Below, piece by piece: positions 27,806 to 42,475 of a stretch of DNA of 64,000 nucleotides. Position 1 is the stretch's first letter; each line of letters opens with the position of its first letter. Made by a program: the position numbers and the translations under genes. The notes under the pieces are model-generated. The model ran no database searches, was not told the origin of the DNA, and was given only the letters and a program-made list of their open reading frames with translations. This stretch comes from Eledone cirrhosa (lineage: Eukaryota): contig OZ024741.1 in NCBI GenBank assembly GCA_964016885.1, positions 307,396,001-307,460,000 on the forward strand. Reading direction: 5' to 3'.

Positions 27806-29120
27806 GAAATAATTGTTTCTACTTTTGGCACAAGGCCAGCAAATTATCCAGTGTATTACTGGTACTTTATTTTATCGACCCCCCCCCCCCCCCCATAAGG
27901 ATGAAAGGCAAAGTTAACCTCGGCGCGATTTGAACTCAGAATGGAAAGGGCCGTAACTCTTTGCGTCAAAGCATGGTGTCAGACCCTCTACCGATACTGC
28001 CAATCCACCGCCTTATGGTAGAAATAATCTTTAAAGAACGTTTAGATGGCTAATGCGTCTATCTAATTTCGTCATTTAAAAGTGTTTTCTTTATCATATC
28101 CCGTCGAGGTTAACTTTGCCTTTCATCCTAACGGGGGTCGATAAAATAAAGTACCAGTAATACACTGGGATAATCGCTGGCCTTGTGCCTATTGTAGAAA
28201 CAATTATTTATTAAATTAAAAAGAAATTACTTTTTCAACTTTTTTTACGGGGATAATAATAAACTATATCGTTTTGTATATATAACTGGTAAGCTACGAA
28301 AAATAATGTGATTTGGACTGTAACCTAAAGTTGTTGCAAAATGTATTTCTTGAAGAGTTTCAAACTATGGTATTGACGGAGAAAATGTTGAAAATTCACG
28401 ATCTTGATTACAACTATTTAAACTTTTAATAAATTAGAAATCGCACAAGTACTTTATAATGATTCTGAATATAAACGTACCATTTAGAACATTTATAAGA
28501 AGTACTTTTGATAATCAGAACTAGCAAAGTTTATGTGGTATATTTGGGAGCTAGATAGTGATTCGTATTTAAACGCCTCTGGTGGTGTATTTTCTTATTA
28601 GCCCCCCCCCCCCCCCACACACACACAGATATATATCTAAACTATAATAAAGGAAGGTTTGCGGGATTCCGTACGGTTTTTTTTATTTTTTATCCTGTTT
28701 GTAAAATAAGTTGGATTACTTTGAATAAATAATTGTTTCTATTTTTGGCACAAGGCCAGCATTTACCCAGTGTATGACTGGTACTTTATTTCATCGATCC
28801 CGTGAGGATGAAAGGCAAAGTTAACCTCGGCGGGCTTTGAACTCAGAATGGCAAGGACCGTAACTCTATGCGTCAAAGCATGGCGTCCGACGCTCTACCG
28901 ATACTGCCAATCCACCGCCAATCCACTTTGAATAAATAATTGTTTCTACTTTAGGCACAAGGCCAGCAATTACCCAGTGCATTACTGGTACTTTATTTTA
29001 TCGACCCCGTAAGGATGAAAGGCAAAGTCAACCTCGGCGGGATTTGAACTCAGATCGTAAAGGGACGTAACTATGCTGGAAAGCATGGCGTCCGACCCTC
29101 TACCGATACTGCCAATCCAC
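27806..29120. mobile_element. Cluster of major SINE copies
   Basis: Copies at 27806-28016(-), 28100-28210(+), 28728-28925(-), 28936-29120(-). Further copies at 3400-3590(-), 8467-8565(+), 18720-18830(-), 29910-30320(-), 34091-34272(+), 35315-36130(-, several), 59565-59670(+). Confidence 0.8.
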
Positions 29121-30336
29121 TTTGAATAAATAATGAATGAATATTACATAATTGATCTACTAAATTTCGTGGCTGTTCATTAAATATATTTTATTATTTA
29201 TTTAAAGATTCACTTCTTTAAAATTTTCAAATGTCAACACTTCCGGTGGCGATCGCTTAAATAAACATATTAATTTTCTGTCACTAATTTTCTCCTAATG
29301 CAGTTTATATATAATATCATCTTTTTTAATGTATCATGGATTACATTACTGATTACATAAGACAGTGTAACACAGTCTTCGTTCAAATTCTGTGTATATT
29401 GTCAATTACGATTTTATTTGACGTATCTTTTCTACATGTATATATACTTGCGTATAATATCAATATACACACTGCACACGCTAGTATATATAATGGATTG
29501 GTAAGGACTTGAGAAAGCCAGTATAGTGCGGTAGAAATGTATAAAGGGCAAAAGATGACAAATAAACTCAGTATATTTCAGCATGTTATTTCGGAGTTGG
29601 TGTTCACTTCTCAAAGGAAAAATAAAAAGCGATGCATAACAAAAACGAACGATGCGTTCTTCCTTAACTTGGGCCTGTTAAGGAAGAAAGCATCGTTCGT
29701 TTTTGTTTTGGCTTACCCTGTTCACATGTTTGTATAAAAGTATCTGAAACCTATAAAACTCTTCCCAACAACGTAAACCTATTAGAATGTGCTGCCTGTC
29801 CTTACTTTTTCCTGCAGTCATTTAGAACAGTAGGAAATTGCATTGATCATATGACTTTGAGGGGACTGCGATGACCATGTGCATATCTATAAATACAAAA
29901 TAATGACTTCTAATTTAGGAACAAGGACAATAATTTGAGTGGAAGGGGAATGTTGATTGGAAGGTCGAATTAATCAACCCCAGTACTTTTGTGCTACTTT
30001 ATTTCATCGATACCGCAAGAATGAAAGGCAAAGTTGACCCCGATGGAACTTGAAATCAGAATGTAATGATCCATGACTAAATATCTTAATGTATTTTGTC
30101 CGACACACTAACGGTTCTGTCAATCTACTGCACGTAATAATTATAATCTTAACACAAGGCCAGCAATTATCACAGTGCATTACTAGTACTTTATTTTATC
30201 AACCCTGTAAGGATGAAAGACAATGTTAACCTCGACAGGATTTGAACTCTGACCGTAAACGGTCGTAACTCTATGTTGTAGTGCATGGCCTCCGACCCTC
30301 TACCGATACTGCCTCTACCTGCATATCTTATCTAGG

Positions 30337-30662
30337 TCAACCATGTGGATCACAAACTTGTGATCTGAATAGACCACCATAGTGGGTGGAGATTTCCCTT
30401 GGAAACCCCTTTAAAAGTTTTGATGTGGGTTCCACATTTGGGGTTACCACGTCCCGAAGAAAGCTCTCTCTAATCCCTTTGTAGGGGTTATTGTCGTTGG
30501 TGTTGTTGTTGGTGCTGCTGTTGGCGTTATTGCTTAACTTTTTATTCCTGTTGTTGGTGTTTGCGGGAATGACAATGTTACTCAACTCAACGTTCGAGCC
30601 AGTGTCACGTGACAGCTGGCTGGATATTGGGCGGGGGGCGTGTTCCGTCCATGATATTTTTC
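30337..30662 (-). CDS. Candidate terminal coding exon of an unidentified host gene
   Basis: Non-repetitive, GC-richer open frame (KISWTEHAPRPISSQL...QVCDPHG*) preceded by a T-tract and AG. The acceptor is GAG rather than YAG, and no domain is recognised. Confidence 0.3.
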
Positions 30663-31174
30663 CTCGGAAAAAAAAAATTTGTATGTGACAAACTTCGAAC
30701 ATTTGGACACAAGGCCCAAATATTACAGGCTCGCTTTAACACAGGGCAATGTGTGGTACCTTGTTAACAGTTTGTATGAAAAATATAACGATGAGTGCTA
30801 AGTAAACACTTGCAAATTAACAAAACTTACGGAGCGATATTCAACTACGTCTTGACAGAGCAAAGAACAAATATATATAAAATGATAATAATATTCTCCG
30901 AAGATTGAGTCTGCCTCTCCGTTGTCAGCAGATATTCCTTAATTGCAACTGGTATGTGGACGAAAAACTGAGATTATTTTATTTTATTTTATATTTTATT
31001 TATTATTTGTTGTTTTCATTGATAGACCATGGAAGAGAAAATCTATCTGTTACATACAGAACGGCACATACACACTCCTTCATCTATAAACATATATGAA
31101 AATATACTAACAAATAGATGGATTGTATATGTAAGTGTCAGTTGTCAGTATACAGTATATATATGTGTATATAA

Positions 31175-31210
<36 letters not shown>

Positions 31211-31216
31211 ATATAA

Positions 31217-31315
<99 letters not shown>

Positions 31316-31461
31316 GGTATGTGTGTGAATTGTAGACATACAGATAGGTATATTGTAAGATATATACATAGATACACAAATATCAACATTCAAATCCCTA
31401 TATGGATGTTGGAAATATATTTGTGAATGTACTGTATGTAAAAATACGTACATACATCAAC

Positions 31462-31522
<61 letters not shown>

Positions 31523-31526
31523 TATG

Positions 31527-31566
<40 letters not shown>

Positions 31567-31714
31567 TATGTATGTATATATATATATATATATATATATA
31601 CATACATACCTAGATATAAACACACACATACACATACATACTTACATATAAACACACACATACACATACATACAGGTACACATACATACATACATACATA
31701 CATACATACATACA

Positions 31715-31750
<36 letters not shown>

Positions 31751-31934
31751 TTTGGCAGACGGGAAAAGATCAATCAGAGATTTTTCCATATATTTCCTTA
31801 CTAAATGAACAAATCAAAGTCTGTGATTTATATGTCTATATAACATTCTCCTGATATTTTCCGCCCCACTAAATATACATATATTTATAACAACATATTT
31901 ATTTATACATACATCCATACATAGATATATAGAT

Positions 31935-32034
<100 letters not shown>

Positions 32035-32745
32035 TTATATACATACATACATACAAACATACATACATACGTATATACATGCATGCATACATGCATACGT
32101 ACGTACATACATACATACATACATACATACATACATACATAGATACATAGATACATATATATATATATATTCAACAATACATACAAACACACACATAGAT
32201 GCATAAATACATACATACATGTTTCATCATACACACATGCATTCATTCATGCATTCATGCATGCATGTATGCATACACGCATACATACATATATCATATA
32301 TACTTACATACATACATACACACATAATAATATGTGTGTATGTATGTATGTGTGTGTATATGTGTGTGTATGTGTGTGTACGTGTGTTTATGTGTATGTG
32401 TGTGTGAGTGTATGTGTATGTGTGTATGTGTGTGTGAGAGAGTTAGTTCCTTGACGTTTATCAATCTTCTGTGACGAATCGCATTTCCGCTTTGATGTCT
32501 GACTTTAAAACATAAAACCAATCACTCAATCTCTCCCTTATTCTCTCTATGACTCACTCACCCTCTCTCTCATTCATTCATTCAATCCGTCACTCAATCA
32601 ATCATATGCATACACACTCATAACACGTACCTTCACACACACACACGTACATCCAAGCAAAAATACACAGGCTCACGTTCTGTCTCTGCCTTAAACTTGC
32701 CATTATATCAATATATTTTTGTATGTATATGTATATATATATGTA

Positions 32746-32937
<192 letters not shown>

Positions 32938-33602
32938 AACACGTATTCCTGTCTACCTATATACACACGTATAAATATATAAATGAATGAAAACACAAAA
33001 ACACAATACTCTACACATTGCTTCCACTTATGAACTTGTATGTAATTATGTGTAGCGGAGAGGTGACCGCTCTGCCTCAGTGAAGAAATTGGGATCTTGT
33101 AGGGGGTCATATTCACCAAGCAAATGTCTAAACTTTAAGACCTGAAGTTCATAGACATTGTTTACATCAGAAGGGCCATCTTCTCTCCAACTGGAAACCC
33201 ACACCACAAGATGCACCCCACCAGATCTACTAAATTCTCCATGAATCTATTTTTCTCAGTCACCTATTCACGCATAAAAAATTCAACACATCACATCCAC
33301 ATACACATGCATATAACAATAGATTATTGAAAGAGGTTTTAGCCTTACAAAATCACAAGCTAGCTAACACATACAACGAAAAGATTTTTTTTTTTGCATG
33401 TTCAAATTTTAATCATTGGGAAGCTTTTTGAAGAGACTTATATGTTTACAAAATAATTTGCACGTTAAATTACACACAGACTTTTATAAATATTTCCCAG
33501 CAGAAGATACCTCTGTTAACCCTTCAAGGGTAAACAATCTAAGATCTCTATCTGTAACGAATTCCTTTAAAGTGTTTTTTGAGATAATTAGCTTACAACT
33601 TA

Positions 33603-33770
33603 CCGCATTTCCCGGCGTCGAAGACGCTACTTTTTTCCTAAAATAAGTCTAAAAAATCTACCATGAATCCTGGAGGCCGAAAGTTGTTTATTATATTTTT
33701 TCAAATTTTTGGTTGTCAAAATTAGGGTGCGTCCTCGAGGATGAAGCATCTTCGGCGCCGGGAAATACAG
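33603..33770. mobile_element. Tc1/mariner (pogo/Tigger-like) MITE
   Basis: 26-bp TIRs CCGCATTTCCCGGCGTCGAAGACGCT versus the reverse complement CTGTATTTCCCGGCGCCGAAGATGCT; TA on both sides. Confidence 0.8.
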
Positions 33771-34635
33771 TAAGTCACACGCATATTACACATACATATA
33801 GATTAGCTTATAAATTAAATCACATATATCACATACGCACGTTTCAAAGTTTCTAGCCCCGAAAAATTAAAAACTTGAGAATTGCATTCTTTATTCTTGA
33901 AAAGGAGTTCTCCACCGTATGAAAACCACATTTAGTGAGCAAACGGTTTTTTCGTAATTTTGTCCTGGCGCCCGATGAGAGACCAGTTTTGAAACGGCTC
34001 TTCCACTATACAGCAGTGCCTATTACTGGACCCGGAAACCAAAGGTCACGCATACATTTTAAGTGTATAAAATCATAATTATACTATATACGGTGAATTG
34101 GCAGTATCGGTAGAGGGTTGGACGCCAAACTTTCTACCATGGTTACGTCCCTTTACGGTCTGAGTTCAAATCCCGTCGAGGTTAACTTTACCTTTCATCC
34201 TTACGGGGATCGATAAAATAAAATGCCAGTAATCTACTGGGTAATTGCTGGCCTTGTGCTAAAAGTAGAAACTATATATATATTTGAATATTGGATACAG
34301 TTTGTTTGTTTAAGAAATTTGATTTTATCTATAATCTAAAATTGTGTTGTTCTTTTTCTATTGGTTTGCCTTGGGGCATGGGGAGGGGGGGGGGCTGGCT
34401 ATGTGTACCTACCATTTACAATCCGAGACCAAGATCGATTACTGTAAATGTTTTTCATGAACTGTTGCTAATTGACAGATTTAAAGAAGAAACTTAAAAC
34501 ATGTGCAGAGAGAGAGAGCGTGAGGGAGGGTGGAGGAGATAAAGGATAGCATAAGAGAGAGAGAGAGAAAGGCTGAGTATGAGAGAGGAGGAGAGGGAGA
34601 GAGAGAGAGAGAGAGAGAAGAAGTAGAGTCTAGAG

Positions 34636-34863
34636 CAGTGATTCTCAACCAGTGTACCGTGGCACACAGGTGTGTCGCGAGATCTTCCTAAGTGTGCCGT
34701 GAAACTTTGAACAAAAACACTAAGAACAAAAATATTATATACGAAACAGTTAATAAATATATATGAAAAATATTATTTTAGCCAGATATTTAGCCAGATG
34801 TGCCGCTATTTTTCCATGTGTTCCAAGGTGTGCCGTTGGTAAAAAAAAGGTTGAGAACTACTG
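34636..34863. mobile_element. hAT (Charlie-like) MITE with a perfect 8-bp TSD
   Basis: TIRs CAGTGATTCTCAACC / GGTTGAGAACTACTG; TSD GTCTAGAG at 34628-34635 and 34864-34871. Confidence 0.92.
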
Positions 34864-36311
34864 GTCTAGAGTAATAGTCAGCGCTGTGCCTGAGACGGGA
34901 ACAATATAGCTGATGCGTGGGCGAAAGGCGAGTGAATTGAGTTTGCCTACATAAAGGTGGCATCCATGGGCCCTCAACTCGTGATGAAATCATAGGGGCA
35001 CTGTGATGACATGCGGCGTTTCTTCGGTATTTTAACCGATCCCTCCTCAAGTTTGAAAACAGCTGATTTCTACCAGTGTAAATGTTGAAGATAATGAAAA
35101 GGAATGAGAGAAGAATCAACCCCAGGACTGGACTGTTACTTATCAATCTCAAAAGTTGCCCACAGAAAGACAAGATGGTTTAAATAAAACAAAATAAAAA
35201 CAGAAGCACAACTTGGCCTTGAGATGGTCACATAATCTGTGATGGAAGAACTTTAACAATTAAATAATCATCAAGTTACTAAAGTAACTGAGGAATGGAT
35301 TAGTTTTTAGATTAATAATTGTTTCTACTTTTGGCACAAGGTCAGCAATTACCCAGTGTATTACTGGTGATTTATTTTATCGACCCCGCAAGGATGAAAG
35401 GCAAAACTAACATCGGCAGGATTCGAACTCAGAACATAAAGGGCCATAACTCTGTGCTGCAAAGCCTGGTGTATGATGCTCTACCGATATTGCCAATAAT
35501 AATTTTTAATTTGTGAAAAAAAGGGTAAGTCGATGACATTGGCCCCAGTATTTAAGTGGCACCTTGTTCAATCAACCTCGGAAGGATGAAAGGCAAAGTT
35601 GACCTTGCTGGGATTAGAAATTAGAACGCAAAGAACCGAGACAAATAACAAAGCATTTTCTCCAACGCTCTAGAACTCTGTCACCCCTGCACTTTTTCCT
35701 GACCAAATTGATTTCTAATTGATGCACAAGACTTTTCCCCTCTCCTTTTTTAGAAAAGAAAGTTACTCTCTTCGCCTAGAAGGATGAAAGGCAAAGTTGA
35801 CCTCAGCGGGAATTTGAACTCAGGATGTAAAAGGTAGTAACTAAATACCACAATGACATTTTATCAAACGGTCTAATGATTCTGGTGATCCACCACATTT
35901 TTCCTGATTAATAATAGTTTCTGATTCAGGCACAAGACGAACAATTTTTGGGGAAGAAAGTCGATTAAATCTACACCTGTGTGTTACTGGTACTTTATTT
36001 TATCGACCCTGTAAGGATGAAAGGCAAAAGGTTACATTATTTTTTAAAATTTAGATGGTAAAGAGACATAACTAGATGCCACGAAGCATGTAGTCTGACG
36101 TTCTACCGGTACTCGCAATCCACCGCCATTTTTTCTTGACTAATAATTTAACAGAAGGGAAGGTCAACTGGTGCGTTTCTTTGTATTAGCAGCTTGACTC
36201 TCCCAAAATATAACAATATGTGTGTTAGTGTGTGTATGTATGTATGCATGTATGTATGTATGTATGTATGTATGTATGTATGTATGTATGTATGTATGTA
36301 TGTATGTATAT

Positions 36312-36660
36312 GTCAGGTTGCACTCGAGTGCTACTGGTAACATGTAACCCAGTACAACCTGTCTCATGGTCGGATCGTCGGTGACTAAACCGGCAACCCC
36401 ACTAAGCTTGCTTGGTGAGGAGGGTGATATTTGGACACCCTGCGGGATGAAATAGAAGCCCCGCAAAGAGCGGAGGAACTCAGCAGAGTCGCCGGCCATC
36501 CAAATAGCCCTTTTTTTCACCTGGGAGTGAAAGGCCCCCAGTTGTTGTCACAACGCCTTTCTAAGAGAAGGAGACTGAAAAAAAAAAAACAACCTGCGCC
36601 TTCGGAAGCATCCGATGATATTGACCAGTTCTCCTTTTCGGGCAGTGTTTTCGATGCTCA
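36312..36660 (+). mobile_element. Possible LINE 5' UTR fragment (RTE-like)
   Basis: GC-rich unique block after (TATG)n with ..AAACCTGCGCC..; resemblance from memory only. Confidence 0.3.
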
Positions 36661-36839
36661 GTGAGTGGAATTGGTCGAGTACAATACCTTTCCCCACTTA
36701 AAATACCTTCAAAGCAAGCACAGGCATTGTTTGCTCAAGATCTGTTACAGGTTCATGTGGATAGCCGTAGCCTAATGGTGCACCATTTTCTGTAATCTGA
36801 CAAGCGATTGCAATACTCTTAGCAGAGTTTGCAGCCATC

Positions 36840-37187
36840 ATGTATGTTTTCTCTTTCTCTTAATTTCGAGTATATTTTTTTGACCGGCCACCTTCCTGGT
36901 GGCAAGGTTGTAAAAGAAAAGAAATTGTCATCCCTTGAATCGCAAGAATGTTTTGCATATTTTGAAGGTGCCAGCTATCGCAGCCATTTGTAGACTATGA
37001 ATTAGGGAGCTGCGCTTTTTGTCCGCAAATCCAAGTTCGGTCATACTTTGGTCCAAGCGGGTTGGTATATAACCCGTAGCACCAATAATGATGGGTATGA
37101 AGCTAAAGGTGTATCTTGGATACTGGATTTGTAAGCTCCTCATCAATGGTCCGTAGATGTCCTCCTTCTCCTGTATTTTTCTGACTA
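36840..37187 (-). pseudogene. 3' end of an R4/Dong-like RLE non-LTR retrotransposon
   Basis: KIQEKEDIYGPLMRSLQIQYP..FIPIIIGATGYIP..LQMAAIAGTFKICKTFL* is an RLE C-terminus. The short 3' UTR ends in AAAACATACA, and the 5' break abuts (CATA)n. Confidence 0.75.
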
Positions 37188-38808
37188 TGTATGTATGTAT
37201 GTATGTATGTATGTATGTATGTATGTATGTATGTATGTATGTATGTATGTATGTATCTATAGAGAGTCTATTGCTAGAACAGAAATCTAGTAAGGCCTCG
37301 CTATTCTTATTTAGATCGAGATCACCATTCCTTCTTTTTTTATTCTCTTGAGGTAATTGTTCCTGTTTAGACACGGTGAGGGAAGGGCTGCACCATGTTT
37401 AAATCCCAACGACACAGTATATCTTTACGACGCTCCCACGACTCCATCCGAAGATTTCAATTGTTTTTTATGTTGTTGCTGATGATGATGATTTAGTTGT
37501 TTTAGTTGTTTTAGTTGTTTTTAACCCCTTGGTATACCCGGGTTGAGCAGATCAATGTCACTTTTCCCACAACCATTATGTCAATGTTTGAAAAACACTT
37601 ACTCTGTTAAAGCGCGCAGCTTATTGGTTAGAGTTCATGGCTCACGATGACAAAGTCATGGGTTCGATTTCAGCGGGCAGCACGGTATGTCTTTGAGTTG
37701 CTGTAGTCAATTAAACAGATAAAAAAATTGTAACAGTAGCAGAAGTTTTGGTTCACATTCTGCAGAGGACTGGTATTCCATTCTGACAGAAGACACTTAC
37801 TTTCAGTCGCTTAACTCTAATAAAACTGGCATAAACTTATTTCTGGTAACCCTATGATCTTTGGACAATTTTTTCAAAATATTATTCGTTCTATATTACA
37901 TATTCCAATGTGCCCATTCTTTTTTAGGACGACAGGTTGTATTTTATATGATATTTTGCTGCTAATTCTAGCAGGTCAACAACGTAATTTGCTCGTGGCT
38001 TTTTTTATATTTTGGTAAGAGGAATTGTAGTTTTTATGTTATTGTTTAGCCACCCATTGGCTGATTAAGGGATTTATGATTAAACTCATTCTTGTCGTAA
38101 CCATTCTGTTGTTTCTATGTGTAGTGGATTCAGGACCATATCATCCAACGTGTTCCGTTTTCTAAAACTGTAAGCTGTCATTTGATGGAGGCTTGGCTTC
38201 TATTTATAGCAGGTCGAGTGACAACGTAGAGGTTCTGTAGCTTTTTAAAAACTTTTGATAACGGTGATAGGTTGAGCTAAAGTAGGGGAGATAATTATTA
38301 CCAGAGACAAACATCGAATCATATTGAAAAACACGTTGAGGATTCGTTGAGAAAGAAGGAAAGAAAAGAAAACAACAGCACAAATCTACATAGCAACGAA
38401 ACAGGGATAAATATAAATAAAAATAGAATTATAAGAAACATCAGTTTGAGATTGATTTAATTTTTTTTTCTTATTTTCATAGCAGATCGGCCCTTTCATG
38501 AATATTAATAACTTGATACATACCCATACATATGTACATAATTATATAAATGTGTGTACGTACGAGTGTGAGTGTGTGTGTGAGTCAGTGTTTGTGTGTG
38601 TGGGAGTGTGTGCGTGCGCATGTTTAGGGACAAGGTTTATCAATATTATTATTCATTATACCTCATATATATATCATATATATATCATAATACACAATAG
38701 CCTGTATGTCTGTATATATCGGCTTATGAGTACGTATTTTTGTGTAATTTTCTATGTAATTTAGTGTTTTTTAGTAGATTCGCTAAACACACACAACACA
38801 TATATATT

Positions 38809-38844
<36 letters not shown>

Positions 38845-40017
38845 CACACACACGCACACACACACACACACACACGCGCGCGCACACATACACACAGACA
38901 CACACACACACACATTTATATACATATATATACTCGCACATTAAACACAATCACATAAGAGAAATATGAGCAACACTATAACACTATTTGGCATCAGCTA
39001 TAAAAAATGAAGGACGTTTATATTTAAAAGTCGCCATTTATTTATCTGTAATGGCGTCCAGACCGTTGTAAAAGAGATTGCACTGTTATTAGCTGCTGGT
39101 GTGTAGCATATAAAAAACAATTAGAATAATATTTACGACTCAATTATTAGGTAGTCTGTTTTCTAACAAACATACATAAAAAAAATCTCCTGTCTTCTTT
39201 TTAGCAAACCAGAAACACTGTAGTTGGCCGTTACAATTGCTAGAAATAATAGTGAAATGTTTCTTAAATCACACTCTACCGTAGAATGAAGATGTCTTCA
39301 GGCTGTCGCTCCTTCTAGTACAATTCATAGTACTGTAGTAATGGAGACTCTTCATATCATCGCTTCACTTAATACAAATAACAGCCACATCTTCCTCATA
39401 TCATTGACTACTGCACCAATAAATGGGCCTCTATGTGCTAGAAATAGCAGCTAAATGTTCCTTTAAATTATCTCCAACCATCCTGATGGTCACGTCTGGA
39501 ATGATTTTGATCAAAGGTCTGCTCGATCGTAATTGAAATGTCTTAAAGGAAAGAAAGGTGCTTTGGATATTGTAGTCTTAGACATATACCTGGATATAAA
39601 GCTTGATACTCAATGCCTAGAACATTATCATCGGTCTGCACGCTCCTGATTGATCTGTGGTTGAAAATAAAAACTGTTCTCTTCCTTTCATTCGAGCCCT
39701 AGGGTATTGAGTAGATAAATAAATCAGGACACATTGTATTATTTAATCCTAGATATGCTATGGTTGAGATAATGACAAGTAGGTTATGGCTAGAACATCT
39801 TTGAACTATTGAATTAAAAGTAATTTGTGCAGGATGTGTGTTGCATCTAGCAGGATTATTTCTTGAACTGTGTAGAGATGTGAACCCTAGTATTGATTTA
39901 TTGAGTGTGTCCATATTCTTCTTCTTGATAATAAGGCAGAGGAATGGTAGAATCGTTAGAGTGTAGAACAAATGTTTCAACCTATTTGTTCAGATTCCTT
40001 TAATTCTGAGTTCAAAT

Positions 40018-40487
40018 CCTGCAATAGATCGACTCCTGCGCTTGATGGTCCGTAGATGTTGTGAGAGGAATATGATGTTATCTGCCTGATATATACAGAC
40101 TTGTTCAATAGATCGACTCCTGCGCTTGATGATCCGTAGATGTGAGAGGAATATGATGTTATCTGCCTGATATATACAGACTTGTTCAATACATGGGCTC
40201 CTGCGCTTGATGGTCCATAGATGTGAGAGGAATATGATGTTATCTGCCTGATATATACAGACTTGTTCAATACATGGGCTCCTGCGCTTGATGGTCCGTA
40301 GATGTGAGAGGAATATGATGTTATCTGCCTGATATATACAGACTTGTTCAATACATGGGCTCCTGCGCTTGATGGTCCGTAGATGTGAGAGGAATATGAT
40401 GTTATCTGCCTGATATATACAGACTTGTTCAATACATGGGCTCCTGCGCTTGATGGTCCGTAGATGTGAGAGGGATATGATGTTAGC
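40018..40487. repeat. 81-bp minisatellite, ~6 units
   Basis: Unit ATATGATGTTATCTGCC...GATGTGAGAGGA recurs every 81 bp; two more units at 41440-41600. Confidence 0.9.
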
Positions 40488-40977
40488 TTTGCATAATATA
40501 TATTTATATACATAGAGAGAGAGTGAGTGAGTGTGTGTGTAAGAGAGAGAGATACGAATACATTGATTAATCCAATACTATCGCAAAAGAAACTATATCT
40601 TTACGCAGTCAGATCAAACTCGGAACATGTTTACCTCATTCGATATATGATCTTCAATGAAAGTTTCATTCTTAAAGGAGGTGTAGGTGTGCCAATATGG
40701 CATACAGTGTGGCTTGTGCATTTTAGACAAGGCAACGCTCACATCTATTCAGGATTAACAGCAACTGATGCCCTTTGAAGAGAAAGATAAACTGAAAGAC
40801 AGACTGAGAGAAAGACAAAAAGAGACAAAGTGGTACCATATTTTTCACCACCTGAAAGGATAAAAGGAAAGCTTGATATCATCGACATTTGAACTCAGCG
40901 CATAACCAGGCGAAAAGAATACCACAAAGTATCCTATTTGACACTCTATAAACTCTGTAAAATGTTTCAGGTTATAG

Positions 40978-41799
40978 GTACGCTTCATAGGTAGATAATA
41001 CTGTGAAGACATCGTTGGACAGCTACGTATGATATGGATAACATCTTCGATGTTAATTCCGCAGTCTGCATCTGTTGTCACATCTACGTATTTTGCCTGC
41101 ACCCCTATCTCTTTTGTGAAACAGATGTTTTGCCTGCATTCCTATCTCATTTGTGAATCAGGTATGTTGTAGTTATTTCCTGTTGTTCAGTTACAAAAGC
41201 ATATTTTTCAAAGTGAGAGCCAATATTGTAGTTGTTGACCCAAGAAAGACTATTTTGCTAATTTATATTACTCTCACATTGAAGTGTTCTGGCAACATAG
41301 CCATGCAGGATTTATTTTGCTAATAAGCATGCAGTATTCCATCCACAGCTTCATTGCGGTATTGCTGTAAAATTTCCCTGGGTGCGAATGTTTGTTTATC
41401 ATACTGAAAGTATTCCTCAAAGAGTTCCTTTCTAAATTTCATGATGTTATCTGCCTGATATATACAGACTTGTTCAATACATGGGCTCCTACGCTTGGTG
41501 GTCCGTAGATGCTGTGAGGGGGATATGATGTTATCTGCCTGATATACACAGATTTGTTCAATAGATGGGCTCCTGCGCTTGATGCTCCGTAGATGTTTTG
41601 AGAGGCAAATAATGCGACACACAAATGCTGTTGATGTGAACATTTCCGTTGCTTGTTAGGGTTTTATCGGGTTTTAACATGGGTGGCTCGGATTTCATTT
41701 AGCGTCCACTGAAGTATGCTAAATGCTGGTGCCAGTACAAACACCACAATCACATTCTCGACCACTGATTTATTTTGCGCAGAGAGTTCAGAAGACCAC

Positions 41800-41800
<1 letters not shown>
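40978..41800 (-). pseudogene. Decayed R4/Dong-like LINE fragment (RT C-terminus to CCHC finger)
   Basis: Translation WSSELSAQNK, ILQWTLNEIR, LHGYVA, SHFEKYAFVTEQQEITT, CDNRCRL..IEDVIHIIRSCPTMSSQYYLPM. The 5' break abuts (CATA)n. Confidence 0.75.
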
Positions 41801-41830
<30 letters not shown>

Positions 41831-41910
41831 TGTATGTATGTATGTATGTATGTATGTATGTATGTATGTATGTATGTATGTATGTATGTATGCATGTATG
41901 TATGTATGTA

Positions 41911-41946
<36 letters not shown>

Positions 41947-42087
41947 TGTATGTATATATGTATGTATGCGGATGGATGGACGTATGTACGTTTCTATATA
42001 TGTATATGTATGTGCCAATATCTCTAATTTCGTATGTATCTCACTCTCACTCATACATCGTACCTCTATCTATCCACCAATCAATCA

Positions 42088-42165
<78 letters not shown>

Positions 42166-42220
42166 TATCTATCTATCTATATATCTATCTACCTACATAC
42201 CCACCTACTTACCTACCTAC

Positions 42221-42266
<46 letters not shown>

Positions 42267-42475
42267 GGGATGGACACACGCGTATAACTTGCTGAGTAAG
42301 TTCTGTTTAAATTTCTATAGAAATTCTTGTCTGATAACTTTAATTTTTGTACCATTTTGTAGAGGGACTGCCAGGTCAAACTTTGATCTGGTCAGTCTCT
42401 CAAAATATTCTACGCCTTTAGGCGAAATAGTTAAAAAAAAAGTTTTTTCTTGTTGAAAAGTCAATATTTTTTTAA

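Noticed and set aside
39699-39980. 93-aa minus-strand ORF considered as an RT fragment
   Set aside because: No convincing motif; it starts inside a SINE-like remnant.
39977-40513. Repeat-protein ORF or CRISPR-like array
   Set aside because: Contiguous 81-bp units with no unique spacers and no cas genes; a eukaryotic minisatellite. Its IYGP match to 37150 is in a different frame and region and is treated as chance.
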